Positions 1-11,746 of a DNA stretch of 64,000 bases are shown here, piece by piece. The stretch is from Dehalococcoidia bacterium (lineage in GTDB: Bacteria; Chloroflexota; Dehalococcoidia; Bin125): contig CBDBPH010000001.1 in the NCBI GenBank assembly GCA_965208665.1, positions 1,098,717 to 1,162,716 on the forward strand. The letters run 5' to 3'. The position numbers and the translations under genes are program-made. A model generated the notes under the pieces. That model saw nothing but the letters and a program-made list of their open reading frames with translations. It ran no database searches and was not told the origin of the DNA. The first letter of the stretch is position 1. Each line of letters starts with the position of its first letter.

Positions 1-354
1 CGAGGCGCGCTGCGAAAGCATCGAGCGGATCGCCAGGCGACGCATCCGCTTCGGGAGTCGCTTGCGGTAGGAGCGCGGGTGCGGACCATGGGCAACGGCG
101 CCGCCGATCCGCGTCGGGGAGGAGGGCGTTCCCATGCGAGCCCGACCGCCACCTTTCTGGCGTCCGGTCTTCTTTGACGCTTGCCGGACAGCGGATCGAT
201 CGAGCGTCGAGGCGTTTCCCTGCCGCGCATTGGCGCGTTGCGCCGTCACGGCCTGATGCACGACCGCGAGGTTGGGCTCAATCCCGAAGACCGAGTCGGC
301 GGCGTCGATTTCGCCGGCCGAGTTGCCCTGGGCGTCGATCAACGGAAGTTTCAT
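1..354 (-). CDS. rplD: 50S ribosomal protein L4 (5' part; gene runs off window edge)
   Basis: Minus-strand ATG at 354 overlaps the rplC stop (ATGA). Manual translation gives MKLPLIDAQGNSAGEIDAADSVFGIEPNLAVVHQAVTAQRANARQG..., a typical L4 N-terminus. Position upstream of rplC matches the S10 operon order. Not in the ORF track because it is truncated by the window edge. Confidence 0.85.
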   Translation of the reverse strand, partial: MKLPLIDAQGNSAGEIDAADSVFGIEPNLAVVHQAVTAQRANARQGNASTLDRSAVRQASKKTGRQKGGGRARMGTPSSPTRIGGAVAHGPHPRSYRKRLPKRMRRLAIRSMLSQRAS

Positions 355-1001
355 CGCTTGCCGCCTCGCCGCTTGGTCTGTCGGATCCGAACCAGACCGT
401 TGGTCGCGCCCGGCACCGATCCCTTGACGAAGACCAGATGCCGATCCGCGTTGACATCCACCACTTCGAGATTCATTGATGTCGTCGTCTTGCCGCCCAT
501 CCGACCCGCCATCCGGGTGCCCTTGAGCACGCGACCGGGCGTCGTGCCTGCGCCGACCGAGCCGGGGGCGCGGTGCCGGTCGCTCTGACCGTGAGTCCGG
601 GGTCCGCCGCGGAAGCCGTGTCGCTTGACGGTTCCGGCGAAGCCCTTGCCCTTGGAGATGCCCTGGATGTCCACGCGGTCGCCGGTCGAGAACACCTCGG
701 TCGCATTGACCACGGCGCCCACTTCCAGGTCGACCAACTCGTCCGCTTCCACCGGGAACACTGCGAGGTGCTTGCGCGGGCCGTTGTTGCCGGTGTGTCC
801 GCGCTCGGCCTTGCTGATCCGCCAGGCGGGCGCTTCACCGTACCCGACCTGGACTGCGGAGTAGCCATCGCGCGATTCGGTCATGATCTGCGTGACGGGA
901 CAGGGGCCAACCTCGAGCACCGTGCAGCCCACAACCGCCCCGGCCTCGTCAATCACCTGGACCATGCCCAACTTCTTACCGAGGAGTCCGGGTATCGCCA
1001 T
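351..1001 (-). CDS. rplC: 50S ribosomal protein L3
   Basis: 216 aa with an L3-type C-terminal region (KGKGFAGTVKRHGF...GGKTTTSMNLEVV). S10-operon context between rpsJ and rplD. Confidence 0.95.
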   Translation of the reverse strand: MAIPGLLGKKLGMVQVIDEAGAVVGCTVLEVGPCPVTQIMTESRDGYSAVQVGYGEAPAWRISKAERGHTGNNGPRKHLAVFPVEADELVDLEVGAVVNATEVFSTGDRVDIQGISKGKGFAGTVKRHGFRGGPRTHGQSDRHRAPGSVGAGTTPGRVLKGTRMAGRMGGKTTTSMNLEVVDVNADRHLVFVKGSVPGATNGLVRIRQTKRRGGKR

Positions 1002-1003
1002 GA

Positions 1004-1312
1004 TTAGAGCTTGATTTCGACGTCAACACCCGACGACAGTTGCAGCCGCATCAGGGAATCGACGGTTCGGCCGGTGGGTTCAATGATGTCGATGATCCGC
1101 TTGTGGGTGCGGATTTCGAACTGCTCGCGTCCGTCCTTGTGGACGAAGGGCGAGCGAATCACCGTGTACTTGCGAATTTCGGTAGGCAGCGGAATGGGCC
1201 CGGCGACACCGGCGCCGGTTTTCTCGGCGGTGTCGAGAATCTGCGCAGCCGACTCATCGAGAACCCGATGGTCGTATGCCTTGAGCCGGATGCGTATCTT
1301 CTGCCGAGCCAT
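1004..1312 (-). CDS. rpsJ: 30S ribosomal protein S10
   Basis: 102 aa, [19 protein letters not shown]...[21 protein letters not shown], a canonical S10. Confidence 0.95.
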   Translation of the reverse strand: MARQKIRIRLKAYDHRVLDESAAQILDTAEKTGAGVAGPIPLPTEIRKYTVIRSPFVHKDGREQFEIRTHKRIIDIIEPTGRTVDSLMRLQLSSGVDVEIKL

Positions 1313-1351
1313 TTTGCCGTCTCTCTGCCCTGCGATGTCTCTGGTTCGGCG

Positions 1352-2554
<1,203 letters not shown>

Positions 2555-2617
2555 GATCGGTTCTCCTGCCTGTCGTTCTTTCGATGTTGTCGTCTGGTTT
2601 GATTCAGTGCCAAACGG

Positions 2618-4672
2618 CTAGCGCGCCTCCGCGAGCACGCTCTGAGGAACTTCCTCGTAGTGGTCGAACTCGATGCTCGCCGTCGCGCGGCCCTGCGTCA
2701 TCGAGCGCAGCGCCGTTGTGTATCCGAAGAGGTTGGCGAGCGGCATTTGCGCCTGAATGATCTGCGCTGCGCCGCGTTCCTCGGTGCCCACGACCGAACC
2801 GCGGCGGCTCGAGAGGTCGCCTGCGACCTCGCCGAAGTAGTCCGGCGGCGTGGAAATCTCCACCCGCATCATCGGTTCCAGCTGCACCGGCGCCGCCTTG
2901 CGCAGGGCTTCACGGAATCCGATCGAGGCGGCGGTGGCGAACGCCATCTCGCTCGAGTCCACCTGGTGATAGGATCCGTCGGTCAACGCCACCTTGACGT
3001 CAACGACGGGGAAGCCACCAACCACCCCGGAGCGCATCGCGTCCTCAACGCCCTTGCGCACCGAGCTGATGTACTGCTGGGGCACGACGCCGCCGACCGT
3101 CTCGTTCTCGAACTCGAACCCGTTTCCGGGCGCGTTTGGCTCGACTCGCAGCGTCACGTGGCCGTACTGGCCGCGACCACCGGTCTGGCGGACGAACCGG
3201 CCTTCGGCCTCCGAGCTGCGGCGAATGGTCTCGCGATACGACACCTGCGGTCGACCGACGTTGCACATCACGTTGAACTCGCGGCGCAGTCTGTCGGCAA
3301 TCACTTCCAGGTGCAGCTCGCCCATACCGGAAATCACCGTCTGTGCGGTCTCATCGTTGTACTCGACCTTGAAGGTCGGGTCTTCCTCGGCCAACTTGCG
3401 TAACGATGCGCCCAGGCGATCCTGGTCGTCGGCGCTCTTTGCCTCGATCGCAATCGAGACGACCGGCTCAGGGAAGGAGATCTGGTCCAACAACACCGGT
3501 GCGTTGCGGTCGCAGAGCGTGTCGCCGGTGAAGGTCTGTTTGGGTCCGACGAACGCGGCGATGTCGCCGGCGGTCACGTGATCGATGTCCTCGCGCGAAT
3601 CCGCGTGGACCCGCAGCAGCCGCCCCACGCGCTCGGTCTCGTCACGAGACGAGTTGTAGACGCCATCTCCAGCCTTCAGCGTGCCCGCGTAGATGCGCAC
3701 GTATGCAATCCGGCCGACGTACGGGTCGGTCACGATCTTGAAGGCGAGTGCCGTGAGCGGCTCGTCAGGATTGGCCAGACGGGTCTCGGGGCCGTTGTGG
3801 CCGACACCTTCGACCGGCGGTACCTCGTCCGGCGCGGGCAGGTAGTCCACGATGCCATCCAGCAGCCGCTGGACGCCGACGTTCTTCAGCGCCGAACCAC
3901 AGAAGACCGGCGTGAACGAGTTCGCGATTGTCCCGCGCCTCACCGCCTTGACGATCTCGTCGACTGAGAGCTCATGACCCTCGATGTACGAGATCATCAC
4001 CTGTTCGTCGAACTCGGCAATTCGCTCGATCATCGTTTCGCGCCAGCGCCCGGCATCGGCGACGTAGTCTTCGGGAATGTCACCCTCGGTGGGCGGAGCG
4101 TCGCGGTCGGAGCTGAAGAACCAAGCGCGCTCGCGCATCAGATCGATGACGCCCCGGAACTGGTCCTCGGAGCCGATCGGAATCTGCAGGGGCACCGGCA
4201 TCATGCCCAGCCGGTCGCGAATCATCTCCATCGTGCGCCAATAGTCGGCGCCGATCCGGTCCATCTTGTTCACGAAGCAGATCCGCGGGACGCCGTAGCG
4301 ATCGGCCTGTCGCCAGACCGTCTCCGACTGCGGCTCGACCCCGGCGACGGCATCGAAGACGACCACGCCGCCGTCCAACACTCGCAGCGAGCGCTCCACC
4401 TCGACGGTGAAGTCGACGTGACCCGGCGTATCGATGATGTTGATCCGGTGGTCACTCCAATCGCAGGATGTCGCCGCGGCCATGATGGTGATGCCGCGCT
4501 CGCGCTCCTGTTCCATGAAGTCCATGACCGCGGTGCCCTCGTGCACCTCGCCGATCTTGTAGGTGCGGCCGGTGAAGTACAGGATCCGTTCGGTCACGGT
4601 GGTCTTGCCGGCATCAATATGCGCAATGACGCCGATGTTTCTGAGCGACGAGATGGGCGGGTCAGCGGGCAT
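2618..4672 (-). CDS. fusA: Elongation factor G
   Basis: 684 aa with [17 protein letters not shown] and NKMD G-motifs and domain IV/V signatures. Confidence 0.97.
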   Translation of the reverse strand: MPADPPISSLRNIGVIAHIDAGKTTVTERILYFTGRTYKIGEVHEGTAVMDFMEQERERGITIMAAATSCDWSDHRINIIDTPGHVDFTVEVERSLRVLDGGVVVFDAVAGVEPQSETVWRQADRYGVPRICFVNKMDRIGADYWRTMEMIRDRLGMMPVPLQIPIGSEDQFRGVIDLMRERAWFFSSDRDAPPTEGDIPEDYVADAGRWRETMIERIAEFDEQVMISYIEGHELSVDEIVKAVRRGTIANSFTPVFCGSALKNVGVQRLLDGIVDYLPAPDEVPPVEGVGHNGPETRLANPDEPLTALAFKIVTDPYVGRIAYVRIYAGTLKAGDGVYNSSRDETERVGRLLRVHADSREDIDHVTAGDIAAFVGPKQTFTGDTLCDRNAPVLLDQISFPEPVVSIAIEAKSADDQDRLGASLRKLAEEDPTFKVEYNDETAQTVISGMGELHLEVIADRLRREFNVMCNVGRPQVSYRETIRRSSEAEGRFVRQTGGRGQYGHVTLRVEPNAPGNGFEFENETVGGVVPQQYISSVRKGVEDAMRSGVVGGFPVVDVKVALTDGSYHQVDSSEMAFATAASIGFREALRKAAPVQLEPMMRVEISTPPDYFGEVAGDLSSRRGSVVGTEERGAAQIIQAQMPLANLFGYTTALRSMTQGRATASIEFDHYEEVPQSVLAEAR

Positions 4673-4806
4673 GTTGATTGTGTCCTCTGGTCAGCTCTCT
4701 GGTCGTTCTTTCGGGTCTCTGCTTCGCGCAACGTTGAGCTCCGGCAACTCGGGGCCAGGATTCAGCTCTCGTTGTGCGTTCCTTCAATCGCTCCTGCGGC
4801 GTCGCA

Positions 4807-5277
4807 CTACCAGCGGTAGTGAGCAAACGCGCGGTTCGCTTCCGCCATCCGGTGGGTTTCTTCACGGCGCCGCACGGCGGCGCCGCTGTTGCTGTATGCG
4901 TCGAGCAACTCGTCGGCCAGGGAGAGATGGGCCGGCCGACCCTTGCGTCCCTGGGCCGCCGTCACCAGCCAACGAATGCCCAGCGAGGTCCGACGGTCTT
5001 GGCGGATCTCGACGGGCACCTGGTAGGTCGCACCACCGACGCGGCGCGGCCGCACTTCCATCTCGGGCGTGATGTTGTTCAGCGCCTGATCGAAGACCTC
5101 AAGCGGGTCCTGGCGCACACGCTCCTCGAGGATGTCCAGGGCGCGGTAGACGATGCGCTCGGCGGTACCCTTCTTGCCGTTCCGCATCAAGCGGTTGATC
5201 ACCATCTGCACCCGTTGCGATCCGTAGACCGCGTCGGGGCGGATTTCGTGTCGATCAGGCCGTCGTCGTCGCGGCAC
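4807..5277 (-). CDS. rpsG: 30S ribosomal protein S7
   Basis: 156 aa, MPRRRRPDRHEI...INRLMRNGKKGTAERIVY, S7 family. Lies between rpsL and fusA. Confidence 0.95.
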   Translation of the reverse strand: MPRRRRPDRHEIRPDAVYGSQRVQMVINRLMRNGKKGTAERIVYRALDILEERVRQDPLEVFDQALNNITPEMEVRPRRVGGATYQVPVEIRQDRRTSLGIRWLVTAAQGRKGRPAHLSLADELLDAYSNSGAAVRRREETHRMAEANRAFAHYRW

Positions 5278-5352
5278 GTTGTCTCATCCATCTCTAACGC
5301 GAGCGCGTCTCGGTAATGCCGAGAGGGCTCGCCACACTAAAACGACCACCCG

Positions 5353-5790
5353 CTAGTGGGTGGCCGCTGTTGCCAGTCCTGCCGTCTTGCGAGTTCCGTA
5401 CTTGGAACGGCCCCGCTTTCGATCGGCTACGCCGAGCGCATCGAGCGCTCCGCGTACGACCTGATAGCGAACGCCGGGCAAATCGCGGACACGTCCGCCG
5501 CGGACCAGCACGATCGAGTGCTCCTGCAGCGTGTGACCCTCGCCGGGGATGTAGGCGGTGACTTCGATCCCGTTGGTCAGCCGCACGCGGCAGACCTTAC
5601 GCAAGGCGGAGTTGGGCTTCTTAGGCGTGACCGTCCGCACCGCCGTGCAGACGCCGCGCTTCTGCGGTGAGCCGCTGTCCTGAGTCGTGCGGCTGGTCAA
5701 CGCGTTGTAGCGGAAGCGCAAGGCAGGCGCCTTCGCCTTCTTCCGGGACTTCTTGCGTCCCTTGCGGGCCAGCTGGTTGATCGTCGGCAC
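5353..5790 (-). CDS. rpsL: 30S ribosomal protein S12 (with internal insertion and C-terminal extension)
   Basis: 145 aa with the PQKRGVC...[12 protein letters not shown]...[15 protein letters not shown] signature. About 14 aa ([14 protein letters not shown]) are inserted between PAL and PQKRG relative to canonical S12, plus a C-terminal tail. Confidence 0.93.
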   Translation of the reverse strand: MPTINQLARKGRKKSRKKAKAPALRFRYNALTSRTTQDSGSPQKRGVCTAVRTVTPKKPNSALRKVCRVRLTNGIEVTAYIPGEGHTLQEHSIVLVRGGRVRDLPGVRYQVVRGALDALGVADRKRGRSKYGTRKTAGLATAATH

Positions 5791-6046
5791 GCTGTTGCTC
5801 GTTCCTTACTCGCTCTTGCTCCGAGCCGATGCGCTTGCGGGTGCATTGGCACGAATACAGGGTCAAAGCCGCTGGTTGATCGGGCCGGCGGTACGCCGGC
5901 GGTCATCAACCTCAGGTCGGCCTCGACCCTTCCCACGCCGAACCGCCTCCGCGGTAGGCGCGTGAAGTTCAACAATATCCCAACTCAAGCCAACCCTGCA
6001 AGAATCCCCACGCACCTGCGACCGGATTGCATCTGTTGTCTGGCTG

Positions 6047-6964
6047 TCAGACCCCAGCGTAGGAGTGCAGACCGGAGATCCAGAGATTGACGCCCAGATA
6101 CGTGAACATCACGGCAAAGAAGCCCAACACGACGATCCAGGCGCTCCGCGCTCCGCGCAGTTGGCGCAGTCCACGACCGTGGATGTAGACCGCAAAGATC
6201 AGCCATGTCACCAGAGCGGCGGTCTCCTTCGGATCCCAGCCCCAATAGCGGCCCCAGGCGTCGTTCGCCCAGAACGCGCCCAGCGCGACCCCGGCCGCCA
6301 GCAGGGGAAACCCAACAAGGACCGCTCGATAGGTCAGCTCGTCGCAGCGCTCGGCCGAGGGCAACCATTCGTAGCGGCCGCCCAGCACGGCGACCCGCGC
6401 CGGAAATCCCTGTACCAGGTGCATCACCGCGCCGCCAAACGCGACCGCCAGCACCGCGTAGGAGAGGATCATCAGAGCCACATGGATCGTCAACAGCGTT
6501 GGACTCTGCAGCGCGGGTACCAGCACTTCCTGCCCGCCGCTCGGGAATGCCAGTGCCGATCCGTACAGCCCGCAGGCGACCGGAAGCACGAACGCTCCCG
6601 CCAGCCTCGTACCGGCGCGCAACTCGAAAATGCCATAGAGCAGCACAATGGCCACGCCGAATGCCATGGAAAACTCGAACAAGTTGCTGTATGGGGCGTG
6701 ATTCAGTGCGATCGAGCGCATCACCAATCCGGCAATCCCCAGGGCGGCCGCCGTCCACACGCTCAGCGTGGCGATCCCGCCCAGCGTCGGCGAGCGAAGC
6801 GGCTCAGGTTCGGGGGCCGGAAGCGAGGGCTCGGTCACTGCCACTCGCCGCGACGCCCAGGCGAAACGGAATCGCGGTTGCAATGCGTACAGCACCGACG
6901 CCAGCGCGGCGCAGCCAGCGGCGACAAAGCTCGCCCAAAGCAAGAACAGCGCGCCCTCAGCCAT
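6047..6964 (-). CDS. ccsA: Cytochrome c-type biogenesis protein CcsA/ResC (system II heme handling)
   Basis: Multi-pass membrane protein with the tryptophan-rich WWD motif FWANDAWGRYWGWDPKETAAL. Start moved to the internal MAEGALF (ATG at 6964) because the upstream R-rich 22 codons of the track ORF look spurious. Confidence 0.8.
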   Translation of the reverse strand: MAEGALFLLWASFVAAGCAALASVLYALQPRFRFAWASRRVAVTEPSLPAPEPEPLRSPTLGGIATLSVWTAAALGIAGLVMRSIALNHAPYSNLFEFSMAFGVAIVLLYGIFELRAGTRLAGAFVLPVACGLYGSALAFPSGGQEVLVPALQSPTLLTIHVALMILSYAVLAVAFGGAVMHLVQGFPARVAVLGGRYEWLPSAERCDELTYRAVLVGFPLLAAGVALGAFWANDAWGRYWGWDPKETAALVTWLIFAVYIHGRGLRQLRGARSAWIVVLGFFAVMFTYLGVNLWISGLHSYAGV

Positions 6965-7838
6965 CGCTGGTCTCCGAGTTCTCCGACGCCGCCGCCTCTG
7001 CGTCCGCCTTCGCCTCCGCCTTGAGCGCATCCGATCGACGCGGGGCTCGCGCTTCGCCGAACGTCAATCGACGGAATCCTTCGGACCACGGGATTCGGCC
7101 TGCTCGCGCGGCCTGCTGAGACCGATTACGCATCCGCTTCGCCATCTCCTCGCGATTCGGCGCCTGGACCTGCGAGGCGTGGCGTAGGAGGGCATCGATT
7201 CGACGGTCGAGTTGGTCGGACACGTCAACGAAGTAGTTCGGCTCATTGCTCCCGGCGAGCAGGACCGTGTTGACCCGCACCGGTTCGACGCCCGTCGCTA
7301 CCTGCTCCGCGTAGGAGTTGGCATTGCGAGAGAGGGGAAAGACCGCATCCAAGGCCGCGATACCGACCGTGCGATGGTCCCGATGATTGAACCCGCGATA
7401 GCCGTCCCAGGTGATCATCAGCTCGGGTCGGACATCGCGCAGTACGCGCACCATCTGTCCGCGAAACTCTGAGCCGTCTTCCACGTGACCGTCGGGGACT
7501 CGCAAGAAGATGCAGCGCCTGATCCCTAGCTCCGAGGCAGCCGCTTCCTGCTCGGCTTCGCGTAGGGCGCCAAGATCGGCCGGCCCCAGCATCGGATCCT
7601 TGGTGCCCTTGTCTCCGCTCGTGACGAGACAGAACGTGACTTCCCAGCCGTCATCCGACAACTGGGCCACTGTCCCGCCGCAGGTGAATTCGATGTCGTC
7701 CGGATGCGCCATCACGACCAGCGCTCGGCGCGCCTCCGCAGGAGCCTCGGCGTCCGGCATGTCGGCTCCCAACTTCTCCGATGCGGCGTGGTCCTCTAAC
7801 TCGCCGCCACTAACAGCGACTCCACCGAGTCCGGGCAA
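6957..7838 (-). CDS. PIG-L/LmbE family N-acetylglucosaminyl deacetylase (MshB/BshB-like)
   Basis: AHPDDIEFTCGGT matches the LmbE/PIG-L zinc-deacetylase signature (AHPDDE). The true start may be the internal MPDAEAP near 7760. The 3' end overlaps ccsA. Confidence 0.75.
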   Translation of the reverse strand: MPGLGGVAVSGGELEDHAASEKLGADMPDAEAPAEARRALVVMAHPDDIEFTCGGTVAQLSDDGWEVTFCLVTSGDKGTKDPMLGPADLGALREAEQEAAASELGIRRCIFLRVPDGHVEDGSEFRGQMVRVLRDVRPELMITWDGYRGFNHRDHRTVGIAALDAVFPLSRNANSYAEQVATGVEPVRVNTVLLAGSNEPNYFVDVSDQLDRRIDALLRHASQVQAPNREEMAKRMRNRSQQAARAGRIPWSEGFRRLTFGEARAPRRSDALKAEAKADAEAAASENSETSDG

Positions 7839-9094
7839 CAGGAGTCGCGCTGCGAGCCTGCCACCTCGGGCTCATTCAGCAGGTCCTGGTACACATCGAG
7901 AATACTGCGGGCGACGCTGTTCCAGGAGAACACGGCCATCTCGGCCGCAGCGGCGGCCCCCATCCGGCTTCGCAGCGCGTCGTCGGAGAGCAGCCGATCA
8001 ATCGCCGATGCGAAGTGTTCAGGTTGCCGATCCTTGGCCAGTAGGCCGGTCTTACCGTGCGTGATCGTGGTGGCCAACCCGCCGACCCTGGTCGCCACCG
8101 GTGGCGTGCCCGAAGCCATCGCCTCGACCGCTACCAGGCCGAATGACTCGTACGCCGACGGCACCGCGCAAACCGCAGCCGCACGGTACAGGTCCGGCAA
8201 TCGCTCTCTGTCGACGGCATTGACGAATCGGACGCGCTCGGCGACCCCGCAAGCATCGGCCAGGCCGCGCAAACGCGCGCGCTCGCCCTCATCTCGCTCG
8301 TCGCCGCCGGCGATCCAGAGCAGCGCGTTGGGCCGAGCCTGGATCAGCGGCAGCGCCTGGATCAGCAGATCGGCGCCCTTGGCCTCTTCCAGCCGGCCAA
8401 CGAACAGGATGCCGGGACCCTCGTCAACGCCGAGCTCGGGCATTGCGGTGGCCACGCGGCGACGCGAGTCGCCGACACCAGAGGGATGGAAGCGCGACAG
8501 ATCGATCCCGCATGGGACGACGCGGACGCGCGATGCGTCCGCTCCGTACTGCCCGATCAGGAATGCCCGCTCATGGGATGTCGCTCCGATGATCACGTCG
8601 GAACAAGCCACAACCTGCCGCTCGCCGGCGATGCGGAAGGGCGGCTCCGGCCGTTGGAACACCTGCTTGACCGCGCCCAGCGTGTGGAACATCACTGCGT
8701 GCGGACATTGCCAGCGGCGCGAAAGCTCGATGCCACTGAGTCCGGCCACCCAATAGTGGGAATGGACGAGGTCGTATTCGTCGTGCCCGGCCGCAATCCG
8801 GGCCACGCCCTCGGTGAACTCGGAGACGTGCGCGGCCACTTCGATCGGCGGCAGCACCACCGGAGGGCCGGCATCGACGTGGAACAGCCGCGCACCAGGC
8901 ACGAACTCTTCGGCGTACGGCGCATCCGGCTGGTCACGTCGGGTGAAAATGTCGACTTCCCAGCCCATGTCAACGAGTTGGCGCGACAGTTCAGCCACGT
9001 AGACGTTCATGCCGCCGGCTTTGGTCGTACCCGCCTTGGCCAGCGGTGACGTGTGCGTGGACATTACGGCCAGACGCCGTCGAGGTCGCCTCAT
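7796..9094 (-). CDS. GT4 family glycosyltransferase, MshA-like (retaining GT-B)
   Basis: The N-terminus HTSPLAKAGTTKAGGMNVYV closely resembles MshA (D-inositol-3-phosphate GlcNAc transferase). The C-terminal part carries an E-x7-E style GT4 motif region. Confidence 0.85.
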   Translation of the reverse strand: MRRPRRRLAVMSTHTSPLAKAGTTKAGGMNVYVAELSRQLVDMGWEVDIFTRRDQPDAPYAEEFVPGARLFHVDAGPPVVLPPIEVAAHVSEFTEGVARIAAGHDEYDLVHSHYWVAGLSGIELSRRWQCPHAVMFHTLGAVKQVFQRPEPPFRIAGERQVVACSDVIIGATSHERAFLIGQYGADASRVRVVPCGIDLSRFHPSGVGDSRRRVATAMPELGVDEGPGILFVGRLEEAKGADLLIQALPLIQARPNALLWIAGGDERDEGERARLRGLADACGVAERVRFVNAVDRERLPDLYRAAAVCAVPSAYESFGLVAVEAMASGTPPVATRVGGLATTITHGKTGLLAKDRQPEHFASAIDRLLSDDALRSRMGAAAAAEMAVFSWNSVARSILDVYQDLLNEPEVAGSQRDSCCPDSVESLLVAAS

Positions 9095-10086
9095 CTCGCG
9101 ACCTCCCTCGTCAGCTGGATCCGGCGCACGACGGCGTCGCGGCCACCCAACTCGTACTTGTACGGCTCATCACCACGCAAGAAGTTCACGCTCGACATCC
9201 CCCGCTCAACCGCATCGCGGATGCACAGCACCTTCGACGCCAATCCAGCCGACAGGTCACGGAACTTGGGATTGTAGCCACTGTTGTATAGCAGCAACTG
9301 ATTCTGAGCTACGAAACACAACACGATCGCCGCGGCCTCGCCCGAGACCGACATAACATACAGCCGCAACCAACCAGCCTCTGACAGCGACGCGCTCAGA
9401 CGCTCGAAGAAGGAGCGCATCTCCTCGGTCAGGAATACGGCCTTGTCGCCGCGAGAGTCCGCCATCATCGACATGAACGCAGGCATCCAGGCCGCCACCT
9501 CCTGCGGAGTCTCGACCGATTCGAACTGTACGGCCCCGCGAAGCTGGCGCAGTGGTCGCAGCTTGCGCCGTACCTCGCGCCGATCCCGCGGGCGCAGTGT
9601 CGACAAGTATGCCTCCCAGCCGTCGCCAACCTCCACTGTCGGACAAACCGCTTCCTGCGCAACGTCAACCCGCCAACCGCGCTCCGACGCGATCGCGAAG
9701 AGGCTCTCCCAGTTGGAACCGGGTTCGATGCCGCGGAACTCCGCCGTCTGCGCATCGGATGCCTCGAGGCGATCGAGCACAGCGGAGGCGAGCGCTGGTT
9801 CCTTCCCGGCCTGCGCCACCGGTCCGAGGTAGTCCGACACCTCATGGTCGCCGGCGAAGGTCCAATGTGTCTCGCAGCGCCTGAGTGGGGCCAGGCCGAC
9901 CAGTTCGCCGGTCCCGTTCTCCAGCCCCACCAGCTCCAGTTCGCCGCAGGCGGATTCGCCAAACACCGACCACCACGCCTCGCCGAACTCGGGCGTTGAG
10001 AACGGCGTCGCCGGGACTGTGCGGCAGAGTGCGCTCCAGCGCTCGCGCAGATCGGCGTATTGCCCGCTGACGACAGCCAAACTCAC
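9091..10086 (-). CDS. FemAB-like / BioF2-like GNAT-fold acyltransferase (Acetyltransf_6-type)
   Basis: 331 aa. The C-terminus [14 protein letters not shown] is typical of the PF13480 FemAB-like family, with a two-lobed GNAT-like organisation. Start/stop overlap both neighbours by 4 nt. Confidence 0.65.
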   Translation of the reverse strand: MSLAVVSGQYADLRERWSALCRTVPATPFSTPEFGEAWWSVFGESACGELELVGLENGTGELVGLAPLRRCETHWTFAGDHEVSDYLGPVAQAGKEPALASAVLDRLEASDAQTAEFRGIEPGSNWESLFAIASERGWRVDVAQEAVCPTVEVGDGWEAYLSTLRPRDRREVRRKLRPLRQLRGAVQFESVETPQEVAAWMPAFMSMMADSRGDKAVFLTEEMRSFFERLSASLSEAGWLRLYVMSVSGEAAAIVLCFVAQNQLLLYNSGYNPKFRDLSAGLASKVLCIRDAVERGMSSVNFLRGDEPYKYELGGRDAVVRRIQLTREVAR

Positions 10087-10658
10087 AGTCGCTGCGTCCC
10101 GACCAGCGAGAGGAACTCTGCTCGCGTCTCTTGCTGCTCAAGAAAACTGCCCCGCATCGCCGAAGTCAGCATGCGCGAGCCCGGCTTCTTGATCCCCCGC
10201 ATCTGCATGCAGAGATGCTCCGCTTCGACGGCGACCGCGGCGCCCTGCGGCTGAATCGTGTCCATCAGCACGTCGGCAATCTGAGCCGTCAGCCGTTCCT
10301 GCAACTGCGGCCGCCGAGCCATCGCATCGACGAGGCGGGCCAGCTTGGAGAGTCCAACGACGCGGCCATTGGGCACGTAGCCCACGTGGGCGATTCCGTG
10401 GAACGGCATCAGATGATGCTCGCACATCGAGAAAAAGGGCACGTCGCGTAGGATGACCATCTCGTCGTGGCCTTCTTCGAAGCCCACTGACAATAGCGCC
10501 GGAATATCAATATCCGGACCGCCAAGCGTTTCCTCGTACGCCGCTACGACCCGGCGCGGCGTGTCGCGCAGCCCCTCGCGATCGGGATCCTCGCCCAGCG
10601 CCAGCAGAAGATCACGGACGGCGGCCTCTGCTCGTTCGCGATCGACTCGACCGCTCAT
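10083..10658 (-). CDS. folE: GTP cyclohydrolase I
   Basis: 191 aa with [10 protein letters not shown] and the HVGYVP...VVGLSKLAR motifs of FolE. Confidence 0.93.
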   Translation of the reverse strand: MSGRVDRERAEAAVRDLLLALGEDPDREGLRDTPRRVVAAYEETLGGPDIDIPALLSVGFEEGHDEMVILRDVPFFSMCEHHLMPFHGIAHVGYVPNGRVVGLSKLARLVDAMARRPQLQERLTAQIADVLMDTIQPQGAAVAVEAEHLCMQMRGIKKPGSRMLTSAMRGSFLEQQETRAEFLSLVGTQRL

Positions 10659-11746
10659 TGCAGCCCCTCCTCGATCGCCGCCGCTGCTTCTTCGAAGTTC
10701 GAGCCGATCTCTACCACGTCGGCGCGAATCGACTCCACCGCCCGCTCAGGGTCCTTCAATCCGTGTCCGGTGATCGTGCAAACCACGCGTCGGCCGGCCA
10801 GTGAACCGCTTCCGTGCCGGGCGAGTAAGCCCGCGACCGAGGCCGCCGAAGCCGGCTCGCAGAAGATGCCTTCCTCGCTGGCCAAGGTCCGATACGCATC
10901 GAGGATCTGTGTGTCCGTCGTGGAGATGATCGAACCACCTGACTGGTCTCGCGCCGCGATGGCGCCATCCCAGGACGCCGGCGCGCCGATCCTGATCGCC
11001 GTCGCGATCGTCTCGGGACGCTTGACTGGTCTCCCGTGCACCAGGGGCGCCGCGCCCGCGGCCTGAACGCCAAGCATGGCCGGCCGCTGCGAAGCCCGCT
11101 CGGCATGGAAGTACTCGCAGTAGCCGTGCCAATAGGCGGTGATGTTTCCAGCGTTCCCGACTGGGATGCAGTGCAAATCTGGCGCATCGCCCAGCGAGTC
11201 GACGATCTCCATTGCCGCCGTCTTCTGACCTTCAATCCGGTACGGATTGACCGAGTTGACGAGCGCCAGCGGCAGCCGACCGGTCAGTTCCTGCGCCAGG
11301 CGCAACGCATCATCGAAGTTACCGTCGACCGCGAGCACCCGCGCGCCGTGGGCCGCCGCCTGGGCGAGTTTGCCCTGCGCAATCCGACCCTCCGGAACCA
11401 GCACAAAGGCCCGCAACCCGCAGCGTGAAGCATAGGCCGCTGCCGAGGCGCTGGTGTTGCCGGTCGATGCGCAGAGCACCGCGGTCGCTCCCTGCTCGAC
11501 CGCCTTGGCCACCGCCACTACCATCCCGCGATCCTTGAACGAGCCGGTCGGGTTGCACAACTCCAGCTTCAGCCAGACCTCGTCTGCGCCAGTCGCGCGT
11601 TCAAGACTCTCGGCCCGGACCAGAGGCGTGCTGCCCTCGCCCAACGTGACGCATGGCGTCGATTCGGTCACCGGCAGCCAGTCGGCGTAGCGCTCGAGCA
11701 CTCCGCCGCCGGCCCACGAGCCGGTCCTGACGGTGCTGCTAGCCAT
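10655..11746 (-). CDS. thrC: Threonine synthase
   Basis: 363 aa. PLP-lysine motif [17 protein letters not shown] and a glycine-rich loop, fold type II PLP enzyme. Confidence 0.92.
   Translation of the reverse strand: MASSTVRTGSWAGGGVLERYADWLPVTESTPCVTLGEGSTPLVRAESLERATGADEVWLKLELCNPTGSFKDRGMVVAVAKAVEQGATAVLCASTGNTSASAAAYASRCGLRAFVLVPEGRIAQGKLAQAAAHGARVLAVDGNFDDALRLAQELTGRLPLALVNSVNPYRIEGQKTAAMEIVDSLGDAPDLHCIPVGNAGNITAYWHGYCEYFHAERASQRPAMLGVQAAGAAPLVHGRPVKRPETIATAIRIGAPASWDGAIAARDQSGGSIISTTDTQILDAYRTLASEEGIFCEPASAASVAGLLARHGSGSLAGRRVVCTITGHGLKDPERAVESIRADVVEIGSNFEEAAAAIEEGLQ

Noticed and set aside
6965-7030. Poly-Arg N-terminal 22 codons of the ccsA track ORF
   Set aside because: A run of R codons (CGN) in GC-rich DNA. 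The ORF has a proper Met at MAEGALF followed immediately by a TM helix.
6065-7119. Plus-strand ORFs of 319 and 304 aa opposite ccsA
   Set aside because: They are antisense to a membrane protein with a diagnostic WWD motif. They are R/P/S-rich with no motifs.
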